From the NCBI GenBank assembly GCA_965661285.1, contig CBFIDD010000002.1:320001-384000 (forward strand): a DNA stretch of 64,000 nt, in the 5' to 3' direction. The DNA is from Poseidonia sp. Its GTDB lineage: Archaea; Thermoplasmatota; Poseidoniia; Poseidoniales; Poseidoniaceae. This document shows, one piece after another, positions 54,759-64,000 of the stretch (its first letter is position 1; every line of letters begins with the position of its first letter). Under the pieces are notes generated by a model. The model saw only the letters and a list, made by a program, of their open reading frames with translations. It searched no databases and was not told the origin of the DNA. A program made the translations under genes and the position numbers.

Positions 54759-56045
54759 ATGGGAAAATTTGAGTTTAAACTGCCCGACATCGGCGAAGGC
54801 GTCGTTGAAGGTGAAATCGTTGAATGGATGGTCGCTGTTGGGGACGTCGTCAAGGAAGACGACCCGATTCTCTCGGTGATGACCGACAAAGCCACCGTGG
54901 AGATTCCGGCGCCATGCGACGGAACGGTGGCCAGCATCGTCGGTGAAGCCGGCGATATCCTCCCGGTCGGCGGCGTTTGCATCGTGTTCGATGTCGACGG
55001 TGATGGCAACGCCTCGGAAGCCTCTGAACCCGTCGCTGAAAAGCCGGCACCTGCTGAAGAAAAGGCTCCCGTTGAGGAAAAGGTGGCTGAAACACCGCCT
55101 GCACCTGAACTACCGCCGGTCGCTGCTGCACCTGCTGCTGCGCCGGTAACGCGTGCCCCGGGCACCAAAGCCCTCGCTTCTCCCGCTGTTCGTCAGCGTG
55201 CACGAGCTGCCAACATCGACCTTCAACTCGTGGCCGGTTCAGGCCCCGCAGGTCGCATCAGCCACGCAGACCTCGACCGACACATCGCTGGAGGCGCCGC
55301 TGCTGGCTCAGCCTCCATGCCGATGGGCGGTGTTGCCAAGGTGGCCCGAAACGGTACCGAGGACATCAAGGTCATCGGCCTTCGACGAAAGATCGCCGAC
55401 GGCATGATGTCATCCTACAGCACCATCCCTCACTTCTCGTACTTCGAGGAAGTCGACGTCACCGAACTGGAAGCCTTGCGCCAACACCTCAACGCCACAC
55501 GCCCCGAGGGCGCACCCAAGTTGACCTACCTTCCGTTCATCATGCAGGCCCTCGTGAAGGCGCTGGCTCAGCGCCCAGAATGCAATGCGCTTTACGATGA
55601 TGATGCAGGTGTTGTCACCCGCCACGAAGCCATCAACCTCGGCATCGCTACGCAAACCGACCGTGGCCTCTACGTGCCTGTGGTCAAGCACGTCGAAGCC
55701 ATGGACATCTGGCAATCGGCCACTGAAATGGTGCGTGTCACCCAGGCCACCCGGGACGGCAAGGCAGGCGTTGAGGACTTGACGGGGTCCACGTTCACCA
55801 TCACCAGCCTCGGACGGCTTGGTGGTCTCGGAGCGACACCCATCATCAACAAACCAGAGGTCGGTATTCTCGGTGTTCACAACGCCAAAGACCGAGCCGT
55901 GGTGAAGGACGGGCACGTGGTTGTTCGCCGCATCATGAACCTCTCTTCATCGTGGGACCACCGTGTTGTGGACGGCCATGACGGCGCCACATTGGTTCAG
56001 TTGGTAAAATCTTACTTAGAGCACCCCGCTACCATTTTCATGTGA
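54759..56045 (+). CDS. bkdB: Dihydrolipoamide acyltransferase E2
   Basis: Lipoyl domain TDKATVEI, E3-binding ASPAVR..GSGPAGRI, DHRVVDG. Confidence 0.92.
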   Translation: MGKFEFKLPDIGEGVVEGEIVEWMVAVGDVVKEDDPILSVMTDKATVEIPAPCDGTVASIVGEAGDILPVGGVCIVFDVDGDGNASEASEPVAEKPAPAEEKAPVEEKVAETPPAPELPPVAAAPAAAPVTRAPGTKALASPAVRQRARAANIDLQLVAGSGPAGRISHADLDRHIAGGAAAGSASMPMGGVAKVARNGTEDIKVIGLRRKIADGMMSSYSTIPHFSYFEEVDVTELEALRQHLNATRPEGAPKLTYLPFIMQALVKALAQRPECNALYDDDAGVVTRHEAINLGIATQTDRGLYVPVVKHVEAMDIWQSATEMVRVTQATRDGKAGVEDLTGSTFTITSLGRLGGLGATPIINKPEVGILGVHNAKDRAVVKDGHVVVRRIMNLSSSWDHRVVDGHDGATLVQLVKSYLEHPATIFM

Positions 56046-56055
56046 GGTCGATGAG

Positions 56056-57486
56056 ATGAAGACCAAACAATGCCAAGTTCTTGTCGTCGGGGCAGGCCCC
56101 GGCGGCTATGTCGCTGCCATTCGCTCTGCACAATTGGGCCTGAAGACCATCATCGTTGAAGGCGAGCGTGCCGGTGGAACCTGTTTGATTCGAGGATGCA
56201 TCCCAAGCAAAGCCCTCATTCACGCTGCCCACACGTTCCACAACCTGGCCAAGCACGCCGGAAAGGACGGCCACATGGGCATCTCCATCCCAGGTCCTGC
56301 CGAGCTCAACATGGGCCATCTGGTCGGCTGGAAGGAAGGCATCGTTGACCGCCTCAACAAAGGCGTTGAAGCGCTGTTGAAGAATGCCGGCGCCGAACTC
56401 GTCAGCGGTTGGGCCGTCTTCCAAGACGCCAAGACCGTGAAAATCGGAGAAGGCAAGGATGCGACGCTGATTCAAGCCGACCACGTCATCATGGCCCAAG
56501 GCTCGGTGCCCATCGAACTCCCGTTCATGCCGTTCAGCGACCACGTGCTCTCGTCCCGAGAGGCACTGTCACTGGAAACCCTGCCCGACCACGTCGTTGT
56601 CGTGGGTGGAGGCTACATCGGCCTCGAACTCGGCATCACCTTCCGCATGCTCGGCTCGGATGTCACCATCGTGGAAGCTATGGATTCCGTGCTCCCTCTG
56701 TTTGATAAAGAACTGCGCCGACCTCTCGAAATATTCCTCAAGAAAAACAAGATCACCGTTCATACGGGTGTCTTTGCCAAAGGCGTCGAGGACGCCAAGG
56801 GCGGGAAGGTCAAACTCAACTTCATTGACAAGAACGAGAACGACGAGAAGAAGATACAGCATGTCATCGCCGACAAGGTCCTGGTCACGGTCGGACGAAA
56901 GCCTGCATCAGCCGGCCTCGATGCGACCGGTGTCGCCATGGACGAGCGTGGTTTCGTCAAGGTGAACGAGCGCTGCGAGACGAACATGAAAGGCGTCTAT
57001 GCGATTGGTGACCTCTGTGATTCCGGCGAAATGCTCGCCCACGTCGCTTCCTTCCAGGGCGAGATGGTGGCTGAACTCATCGCAGGCCACAAGCGAGCCT
57101 ACGACCCTGTCGCCGTGCCCGCCATCGTCTTTACCGAACCTGAAATCGTCTCGGTTGGTCTCTCACCCGACCAGGCCAAGGAAGCCGGGCACCCCGTCAT
57201 TACGGGCAAGTTCCCACTGGCCGCCAACGGTCGCTCCTTGACCCAAGAAGCCGAGAAAACCGGCGGATTCGTGCGTGTCGTCGCCCGAGAAGACGACCAT
57301 CGTATCCTTGGCATCCAAGGCGTAGGGACTCACATCAGCGAACTGGTGGGCGAATGGACGCTCGCCCTTGAGATGGGCGCCGTGCTCGAAGACATTGCGC
57401 ACACCATCCACGCTCACCCCACGATGACAGAAATGACCCACGAAGGTGTGCTCGACACGCTGGGGCATGCGATTCACAAGATGTGA
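56056..57486 (+). CDS. lpdA: Dihydrolipoamide dehydrogenase E3
   Basis: GAGPGGY, GGTCLIRGCIPSK, HAHPTMTE. Confidence 0.96.
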   Translation: MKTKQCQVLVVGAGPGGYVAAIRSAQLGLKTIIVEGERAGGTCLIRGCIPSKALIHAAHTFHNLAKHAGKDGHMGISIPGPAELNMGHLVGWKEGIVDRLNKGVEALLKNAGAELVSGWAVFQDAKTVKIGEGKDATLIQADHVIMAQGSVPIELPFMPFSDHVLSSREALSLETLPDHVVVVGGGYIGLELGITFRMLGSDVTIVEAMDSVLPLFDKELRRPLEIFLKKNKITVHTGVFAKGVEDAKGGKVKLNFIDKNENDEKKIQHVIADKVLVTVGRKPASAGLDATGVAMDERGFVKVNERCETNMKGVYAIGDLCDSGEMLAHVASFQGEMVAELIAGHKRAYDPVAVPAIVFTEPEIVSVGLSPDQAKEAGHPVITGKFPLAANGRSLTQEAEKTGGFVRVVAREDDHRILGIQGVGTHISELVGEWTLALEMGAVLEDIAHTIHAHPTMTEMTHEGVLDTLGHAIHKM

Positions 57487-57495
57487 AGCGGGGAT

Positions 57496-58557
57496 TTACT
57501 CTTCTTCAACATCGTTGGCCATCATCACGGCCACCGGGCGAGTGCGTTCGTTCTCGTCCAAAATAAGGCGGGCGATGATGACCATCGGTGCGCCAATGAT
57601 GGCGCCTGCAATCCCCCATACTTGAGAAAACAACATGACGGTCAGCAAGAGCACCAGCGGGGAGATACCGATTTTTGCACCTGAAAGGTTGGGCTCGACC
57701 AGCGAGCCAAACATCTGCTGGTTTCCGATGAGAAGGGCCAGCATCAGGAGCGCCGACACCGGCTCCAGCATGATGAAACCGATGAGCACGGGAGGGATGG
57801 TGGCGAAGAGTGCCCCCAGAATGGGGATGAAATCAAGGAGGAAACACAGCACGCCGAAGAGGAACCAGCCCGGGATATCAAACCCAATCGGGGAGATGAT
57901 GATGGTCATCACAATCGCTTGTCCTCCACTGCAGGTGACCTTGGAGACGACATAGGCGCTGATGGACTCCATGGAATCGTCAACAATTTTCCGAGCCCGT
58001 CCGCTTGATTGGGGAAAGGCCGCATTGAATCGCTTGGCGATGGTGTGCTCTTCGAGAATGATGAACAACAAGAAAATCAGCACGGTGATCATGCTGCCAA
58101 CAAAGGCGCCCAGCGACCCCAAAATGGCGAGCGCGAAGACCTCGATGTTGCTGGGCGAGGCCAGGACATCCACCCACGTCGAATCCGAGAAAATAATTTC
58201 CAAACCGTACAAGTCGGAATTTGCATACCTTGCTCGCTTTTCTTCAAGTTGTGCCGTGATGTCGGGAACCTCTTCAACGAATAACGAGAGCTGCTCGTAG
58301 AGGAAAATCGAGATGAAGTACATCGAGATGATGAAGGTCGCCAACACCGTTCCGTAGGACACCAACTGGTTGCCCACTTTTTTGTGGATGTAGTGTTCGA
58401 TGGGCTTGATGAGGAAAAACAACAGCACGGCGATGGCGAGGGGCATCAAAATGGGTTTAAGGTAGACAAGGGCCAAGTACACGACCACACCAACGATGGC
58501 CACGCTTGCTGCCGTTGTTCGTTTGGAGTCAATGCCAATCTTTGCGTTCACGTCCAT
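57496..58557 (-). CDS. AI-2E family transporter
   Basis: LLDFIPILG, LVEP..G..IGISPL, WGIAGAIIGAP; multi-pass. Confidence 0.85.
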   Translation of the reverse strand: MDVNAKIGIDSKRTTAASVAIVGVVVYLALVYLKPILMPLAIAVLLFFLIKPIEHYIHKKVGNQLVSYGTVLATFIISMYFISIFLYEQLSLFVEEVPDITAQLEEKRARYANSDLYGLEIIFSDSTWVDVLASPSNIEVFALAILGSLGAFVGSMITVLIFLLFIILEEHTIAKRFNAAFPQSSGRARKIVDDSMESISAYVVSKVTCSGGQAIVMTIIISPIGFDIPGWFLFGVLCFLLDFIPILGALFATIPPVLIGFIMLEPVSALLMLALLIGNQQMFGSLVEPNLSGAKIGISPLVLLLTVMLFSQVWGIAGAIIGAPMVIIARLILDENERTRPVAVMMANDVEEE

Positions 58558-58636
58558 GCAGCCCACCTCGCTCAAATCTCATCTAAGGTTTCCTCCGATT
58601 CCAAAACGAAAACAGCGGTTCAATCGCAAAAAGATT

Positions 58637-58754
58637 AGCCGCAGTCAACACGCAGCATCACCCCGATTTACACGCTGCGATAGGTTCGGCGTCCTCTTCC
58701 GAACGTCAACGTGCGAAGGAAATACAGAAGCAGACTTCGTCCATGGTCTCGGCC
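58637..58754 (-). ncRNA. Candidate ~118-nt small RNA (closing stem plus three hairpins)
   Basis: TATA-like TTTTTATG about 27 nt upstream, T5 tract downstream, three stems, end-to-end pairing. Confidence 0.5.
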
Positions 58755-58848
58755 CCAGTCGGAAGGCGTTTACCAAGCATAAAAAGAATTCACCGGCACA
58801 GCCCCGACCGTTGTTGGTTCCTTGGCGGTTCTTGAGCACAGCAAGGCT

Positions 58849-61242
58849 TCAACTGCCGCACATCAAACAGTCGTCTGGACTGTCAAGACTGCAGGCGATG
58901 GCTTCGAGGCTCTCGGTGTCATCGGCTCGCTCGGCGAGGCCGCCAACGGTTTGGTCTTCCTTGGTGGAAGCTTCAACGGTGAATTGAATGGCGTCAGCAG
59001 CGGCCTTGGTTCGCAGGTAGTACATCCCGGTCTTGAGACCCTGCTTCCATCCGTAGAAATGCATGGAAGTGACCTTTGCCGGGTTGGCATCGACCATGTG
59101 AATGTTGAGCGATTGACTCTGGTCGATGTAGGCGCCTCGGTCGGCAGCCATGTCGAGAACGTGCCGTTGTTTGATTTCCCACGTGGTCTTGTAGATGTCT
59201 CGAATGTGCTCAGGGATGCGGTGGATGCCCTGAATGGAACCCTTGTTGCGCAAGATATCGTTCTTCATCTCAAGGCTCCACATGTCCTGGGCGATCAAAT
59301 CCTTGACGAGGTGCTTGTTGAGCACGACGAATTCACCCGACAGGGTCCGGCGGACGTAGAGGTTGGAGGTGAACGCCTCAAAGCACTCGTTGTTGCCGAG
59401 GATTTGAGAGGTGGAGGCCGTTGGCATGGGCGCCAAGAGGAGCGAGTTTCGCATGCCCTTCTCAACGATTTCTGCCTTCAAGCTGTCCCAGTCCCAGCGG
59501 CCGCTGTGCTCGTTCATGCCCCACAGGTCGAACTGAAGGAGGCCTTGGCTGGCCGGTGAGCCCTCAAAGGTCGAGTAGGGACCATCGGCCACGGCTGCGT
59601 CCTTGGATGCGGTGCAGGCAGCGAAGTAGATGGTCTCGAAGATTTCCTTGTTCAGCGCCCGTGCTGCAGGACTTTCGAACGGCAACTTGAGCATGGCAAA
59701 GACATCAGCCAAGCCTTGAACGCCCAAGCCGATGGGGCGGTGGCGCATGTTGGAGTTGCGTGCCTCTTCAACGGGGTAGTAGTTCACGTCGATAACACGG
59801 TTCAGGTTGCCCGTCGCGTGGTAGGTGACGTCGTAGAGCAGTTGGTGGTCAAACACACCGTCGGTCATGTTGACAAACTTGGGAAGAGCGATCGAGGCGA
59901 GGTTGCAGACAGCCACCTCGTCCTTGGCGGTGTATTCCATGATCTCGGTGCACAGGTTCGAAGAGCGAATGGTTCCCAGGTTCTTCTGGTTCGACTTCTC
60001 GTTGGCTGCGTCTTTGTAGAGCATGTAAGGTGTTCCGGTTTCGATTTGTGCTTCGACGATCTTGTCCCAGACCGTACGTGCAGGAACCGTTTCACGTGCG
60101 AGACCACGGCGTTCGTAGTCTTCGTACATGGCCTTGAATTCAGCACCGTAGACATCCTGCAGACCGGGGCACTCGTTGGGGCAGAAGAAGGACCAGTCGG
60201 CATTGTCTTCCACACGCTGCATGAACAGGTCGGGTGTCCACATGGCGTAGAACAAATCGCGTGCTCGCATCTCTTCCTTACCGTGATTCTTCTTCAAGTC
60301 AAGGAACTGAATGACATCGGGGTGCCATGGCTCGAGGTACACGGCAATGGAACCCTTTCGCTTGCCGCCGCCCTGGTCGACGTAGCGTGCGGTGTCGTTG
60401 AAGACCCGAAGCATGGGGACGATACCGTTCGAGGTGCCGTTGGTTCCCTTGATGTAAGAGCCCTTGGAGCGGACGTGGTGGATGGAGAGGCCGATGCCAC
60501 CGGCTGATTTGGAGATGAGCGCACACTGCTTGAGCGTGTCGTAAATGCCGTCCAGTGAGTCGTCTTGCATGGTGAGCAGGAAACACGAGGACATCTGCGG
60601 CATGGGTGTGCCGGAGTTGAACAACGTTGGCGTGGCGTGGGTAAAGTAGCCTTGACTCATCAGGTCGTAGGTGTGGAGGGCTTTCTCGAGGTTGGCGTGG
60701 TGAATGCCGACAGCCACGCGCATGAGCATGTGTTGCGGGCGCTCAGCCACTTCGCCGTTGAGCTTGAGCAGGTAGGAGCGCTCCAGCGTCTTGAAGCCGA
60801 AGTAGTCGTAGTTGTGATCGCGGCTGTAGTCAATGTGGTTGTTGAGCATCTCGGCGTTGGCCATGATGATCTCATACACCTCTTCGGAGATCAGAGGCGC
60901 ATGTTTGTTGGACTCCGGGTCGATGTACTCGCGGAGGTCGGTGATGACATCGGTGAAGGAGTCCTTCGTGGAGCGGTGAAGGTCGTCCACACAGATACGA
61001 GCCGCCAGACGGCTGTAGTCCGGGTGGTGCGAGGCCAACGACGCAGCCGTCTCAGCAGCGAGTTGGTCGAGTTCACGGGTGGTGACACCGTCGTAGAGCC
61101 CTTCGATGGTCAACTTGGTAACGTGGCCGGGGTCAACCCAGGTTTCGTCGAGACCTTCAGCCAGTTTGACGAGTTTCTCGTGAATCGCATCAAATCGTAC
61201 ATCTTCTCGCTCGCCTTTTCTGTTTACAACTTGCATAGCCAT
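58849..61242 (-). CDS. nrdA: Class Ia ribonucleotide reductase alpha subunit with ATP cone
   Basis: VVNRKG ATP cone, SSCFL, SNLCTEI, VCNLAS, GMYYLR, C-terminal CLMCGS; GGAGG before ATG 61242. Confidence 0.96.
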   Translation of the reverse strand: MAMQVVNRKGEREDVRFDAIHEKLVKLAEGLDETWVDPGHVTKLTIEGLYDGVTTRELDQLAAETAASLASHHPDYSRLAARICVDDLHRSTKDSFTDVITDLREYIDPESNKHAPLISEEVYEIIMANAEMLNNHIDYSRDHNYDYFGFKTLERSYLLKLNGEVAERPQHMLMRVAVGIHHANLEKALHTYDLMSQGYFTHATPTLFNSGTPMPQMSSCFLLTMQDDSLDGIYDTLKQCALISKSAGGIGLSIHHVRSKGSYIKGTNGTSNGIVPMLRVFNDTARYVDQGGGKRKGSIAVYLEPWHPDVIQFLDLKKNHGKEEMRARDLFYAMWTPDLFMQRVEDNADWSFFCPNECPGLQDVYGAEFKAMYEDYERRGLARETVPARTVWDKIVEAQIETGTPYMLYKDAANEKSNQKNLGTIRSSNLCTEIMEYTAKDEVAVCNLASIALPKFVNMTDGVFDHQLLYDVTYHATGNLNRVIDVNYYPVEEARNSNMRHRPIGLGVQGLADVFAMLKLPFESPAARALNKEIFETIYFAACTASKDAAVADGPYSTFEGSPASQGLLQFDLWGMNEHSGRWDWDSLKAEIVEKGMRNSLLLAPMPTASTSQILGNNECFEAFTSNLYVRRTLSGEFVVLNKHLVKDLIAQDMWSLEMKNDILRNKGSIQGIHRIPEHIRDIYKTTWEIKQRHVLDMAADRGAYIDQSQSLNIHMVDANPAKVTSMHFYGWKQGLKTGMYYLRTKAAADAIQFTVEASTKEDQTVGGLAERADDTESLEAIACSLDSPDDCLMCGS

Positions 61243-61302
61243 GATTCTTCCTCCTCGTGTGTTCATTTGAGAGCGTGGTATCTATCTTCATCCGCGTACG
61301 GT

Positions 61303-62337
61303 TCAAAAGTCTTCGTCCACTGAGAAACGCTGTTGGACGCTTCCGAGCGAAGCACTGTCCATCACGCCGGCTTTCTGATACTCGGCGACTCGCTTCTCGA
61401 AGAAGTTGGTCTTGCCCTGCATGGAGATCATTTCCATCCAAGGGAACGGGTTACCAACGTTGTAGATCTTTGAGCAGTTGAGTTGCACCAGGAGTCGGTC
61501 AGCAACAAACTGGATGTACTGCGTCATCAAATCGGCGTTCATACCGATGAGGTTGACGGGAAGGGCCTTGGTGACGAATTCAATCTCGATGTCAACGGCT
61601 TCGGCGATAATGCGGCGAATCACGTTCTCACCGGCACCACGCAACAATTTGTTGTGGAGCAGGCAGGCGAAGTCGCAGTGGAGGCCTTCGTCTCGGGAGA
61701 TGAGCTCGTTGGAGAAGGTCAAACCGGGCATCAGGCCTCGCTTCTTGAGCCAGAAGATGGCACAGAACGAACCGGAGAAGAAGATGCCTTCAACCGCTGC
61801 GAACGCAACGAGACGCTCGGCGAAGGAGCCTCGCTTCCGAGACAACCAGCGCATGGCCCAGTCGCCCTTCTTTTGAACGGACGGCACGGTTTCGAGTGCC
61901 TTGAACAGGTGGTCCTTCTCCTTCTCGTCTTCGATGTAGGTGTCGATGAGCAGCGAGTAGGTCTCGGCGTGGATGTTCTCCATCATGATCTGAAAACCGT
62001 AGAAGGCACGGGCTTCAGGCCAGCAGACTTCGTTGGAGAAGTTCATGACGAGGTTCTCGTTGACGATGCCGTCACTGGCTGCGAAGAAGGCGAGAATGTG
62101 CTTGACGAAGTGTTGCTCGTCCTTGTTCAGGTTCTTCCAGTCCTTGAGGTCCTCGGCCAGGTCGATTTCTTCAGCGGTCCAGAACGAGGCCTGTTCTTGC
62201 TTGTACATGGCCCAGATGTCGTCGTGCTCGATAGGGAACAGAACGAAACGGTCAAGGTTCTCTTGAAGCATGGGTTCAACGTGCTCTTGCGTCAGGTCAA
62301 TGTTCATGCCGTCATCCTTGCTGTGTTCAATAACCAT
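61303..62337 (-). CDS. nrdB: Class Ia ribonucleotide reductase beta subunit
   Basis: [23 protein letters not shown] (radical Tyr), VEGIFF, RDEGLH, KTNFFE. Confidence 0.96.
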   Translation of the reverse strand: MVIEHSKDDGMNIDLTQEHVEPMLQENLDRFVLFPIEHDDIWAMYKQEQASFWTAEEIDLAEDLKDWKNLNKDEQHFVKHILAFFAASDGIVNENLVMNFSNEVCWPEARAFYGFQIMMENIHAETYSLLIDTYIEDEKEKDHLFKALETVPSVQKKGDWAMRWLSRKRGSFAERLVAFAAVEGIFFSGSFCAIFWLKKRGLMPGLTFSNELISRDEGLHCDFACLLHNKLLRGAGENVIRRIIAEAVDIEIEFVTKALPVNLIGMNADLMTQYIQFVADRLLVQLNCSKIYNVGNPFPWMEMISMQGKTNFFEKRVAEYQKAGVMDSASLGSVQQRFSVDEDF

Positions 62338-62624
62338 GTTCGTACCCTCCGTGATTTACAGACGCGCTGGATTTTGTCCTCCATCGTAGGACGCCTATAA
62401 TCTATCCCCCCTCGGCGAGATTAAACTGAACGGTTTTTGGGGCGTTTGAGAGCGTTCACGCATGGACGCAGTACAACGATTTAACTGAGAGAAGAGCCAT
62501 GTTATTTTTTCATTCAAAATTTCAATTTTCATGCCAAAACCACCCTCTTTTCCACTGGAATACCATGTGGGCAAAATCTTACATCATCCCAACAGTCAAA
62601 AACCAATCTATGGTGAGTGGCAAT

Positions 62625-63077
62625 ATGGACCGAATTTCTCTCAACATTCCGTTTGCCCGACTCGACGAACGCGCCGTACTCCCGACACAAGGTTCAGCAC
62701 AAGCGGCTGGCTGGGATTTGTACGCCATCGAGGAGACCGTGGTACCAAAGGGTTCCACCGTGCTCATCTCCACCGGCTGGGCCACGGCCATACCGGAAGG
62801 TTGGGAAGGACAAATCCGCTGCCGCTCGTCGCTTGGAAAGAAGGGCATGATCATGCCAAACGGACTGGGGACCATCGATTCGGATTATCGAGGCGAACTC
62901 AAAGTACTGGCCACCTGGATTGGAGAAGGCGATGCCTTCACGGTTGAAGCAGGTCAGCGCATCGCCCAGTTGTTATTCGCACCCGTGCCGCTTGTGACCC
63001 TTCGAGAAACCACCGTAGAGGGCCTTGACCAAACCGAGCGCGGCTCGGGTGGGTTTGGCTCATCAGGAAAGTTCTGA
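62625..63077 (+). CDS. dut: Trimeric dUTPase
   Basis: AAGWDL, RSSL, GTIDSDYRGE, RIAQL, RGSGGFGSSG; GGTGA Shine-Dalgarno before ATG 62625. Confidence 0.95.
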   Translation: MDRISLNIPFARLDERAVLPTQGSAQAAGWDLYAIEETVVPKGSTVLISTGWATAIPEGWEGQIRCRSSLGKKGMIMPNGLGTIDSDYRGELKVLATWIGEGDAFTVEAGQRIAQLLFAPVPLVTLRETTVEGLDQTERGSGGFGSSGKF

Positions 63078-63087
63078 GGCGAGGACC

Positions 63088-63702
63088 GTGGTCGACATCC
63101 GTGCACTCGGCGTCGTGCCCTACGATGAAGCGCAGGCGCTCATGAAAGACCTCCAACAGCAGCGTATCGAAGGTACCATTCCCGACACGCTGCTGCTTCT
63201 TTCCCACCCCGAAGTGGTCACGGTCGGGCCTCGCGCCCGGAACGACGGCCTCCGCCCCCCGGAGGGCTACGCGACGGTTGCCGTTGACCGTGGAGGCGGC
63301 CTGACCTGGCACGGACCAGGCCAGGTGGTGGGCTATCCGATTTTCAAGTGGGGTAAGCGCGAAGGCGAAGCCTCGGTGGCCGACATCATTCACATCATCG
63401 AAGGGTGGCTCATTGACACATTGGCGACCTTTGGAATCAATGGCGAGCGAGACAACCGAATGCAGGGCGTGTGGGTCGACGGGCGCAAAGTCTGCAGCAT
63501 CGGTCTCTCCTTCCTGCGCTGGGTTTCTCGCCATGGATTCTCCGTCAACCTCAACACGCCCCCGGGACGTGTGGAGGGCGTGGCCGGGTGCGGTCTCGCT
63601 GCCGACACGACGACCTCACTGAGCGCCCTCGGCTACGAGGTCGCAGCCGATTCATTCATCGAGGCGCTTGTTTCCATCGTCCACCGAACGCTCGGCGTTT
63701 GA
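63088..63702 (+). CDS. lipB: Octanoyltransferase LipB
   Basis: HPEVVTVG, DRGGGLTWHGPGQVVGYP, RKVCSIG, HGFSVN, GCG; GTG start inferred. Confidence 0.9.
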   Translation: MVDIRALGVVPYDEAQALMKDLQQQRIEGTIPDTLLLLSHPEVVTVGPRARNDGLRPPEGYATVAVDRGGGLTWHGPGQVVGYPIFKWGKREGEASVADIIHIIEGWLIDTLATFGINGERDNRMQGVWVDGRKVCSIGLSFLRWVSRHGFSVNLNTPPGRVEGVAGCGLAADTTTSLSALGYEVAADSFIEALVSIVHRTLGV

Positions 63703-64000
63703 GGACAGCGAAGGCGGTCGGCTCGACCAAATCGCCCAGGTCCCCGTCGCACTCGCCACAAGCCGCTCGCCCACCTTGACCTCGCCCGCCAAATGCGCCA
63801 CGTTCTTTCCGCGTCGCACCACGCGCCCCTCCGCCACCAGACGTTCACCGGGTCGGGCGGCCGCAAGGAAACTCGTGGAGAGTTGCGCGGTCGCGCACCA
63901 TTCTTCCACCTTCAGGGACGCCACGAGCGCACTGCCGAGGGCTGAATCGAGCAGCATCATGTGAATCCCGCCGTGGGCCACGCCGCCTTTGTTGAGGTGG
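63652..64000 (-). CDS. PaaI-family hotdog thioesterase, 5' partial
   Basis: HLNKGGVAHGG..LLDSALG, FLAAA, GRVVRRGK. Confidence 0.88.
   Translation of the reverse strand, partial: HLNKGGVAHGGIHMMLLDSALGSALVASLKVEEWCATAQLSTSFLAAARPGERLVAEGRVVRRGKNVAHLAGEVKVGERLVASATGTWAIWSSRPPSLSSNAERSVDDGNKRLDE

Noticed and set aside
58637-58754. 5S rRNA
   Set aside because: Only the short word TTCCGAAC is shared, and here it sits in a stem; the three-way-junction pattern is absent
62338-62624. NrdR boxes or a replication origin
   Set aside because: AT-rich, but no convincing NrdR consensus, no ORB repeats and no cdc6 gene

Overview
64 kb of a GC-rich, gene-dense archaeal chromosome. The archaeal RNA polymerase operon (rpo5-rpoB-rpoA1-rpoA2-rpl30e), Pop5, XPD, bacterial-type metabolic genes and large Asp-rich surface proteins suggest Marine Group II Euryarchaeota (Poseidoniales); this placement is an inference. 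Contents in order: an asnB-gshA-ferredoxin operon; a 3.2 kb accessory island (MspJI/AspBHI-like restriction enzyme, TetR, SDR) bracketed by a 104-bp inverted repeat; a cytochrome b6f-like Rieske/cyt b operon whose subunit IV is fused to an HdrD-like 2x[4Fe-4S]+2xCCG module; a divergent FtsZ; a HemK-BirA fusion; tRNA-Lys; the RNAP operon; gdhA; XPD; a 2977-aa transglutaminase-like surface protein; tRNA-Leu; lipA plus a branched-chain 2-oxoacid dehydrogenase operon; class Ia nrdAB; dut; lipB. Strongest leads: (1) the Rieske/cyt b complex with a fused heterodisulfide-reductase-like module, lying convergent with a thiol-biosynthesis operon; (2) the repeat-bounded, recombinase-free island; (3) an N-terminal domain shared by Rpo5 and RpoA2; (4) two unannotated structured intergenic RNA candidates (about 35.45-35.71 kb and 58.64-58.75 kb). 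All product calls rest on motif recognition by eye; no searches were run.
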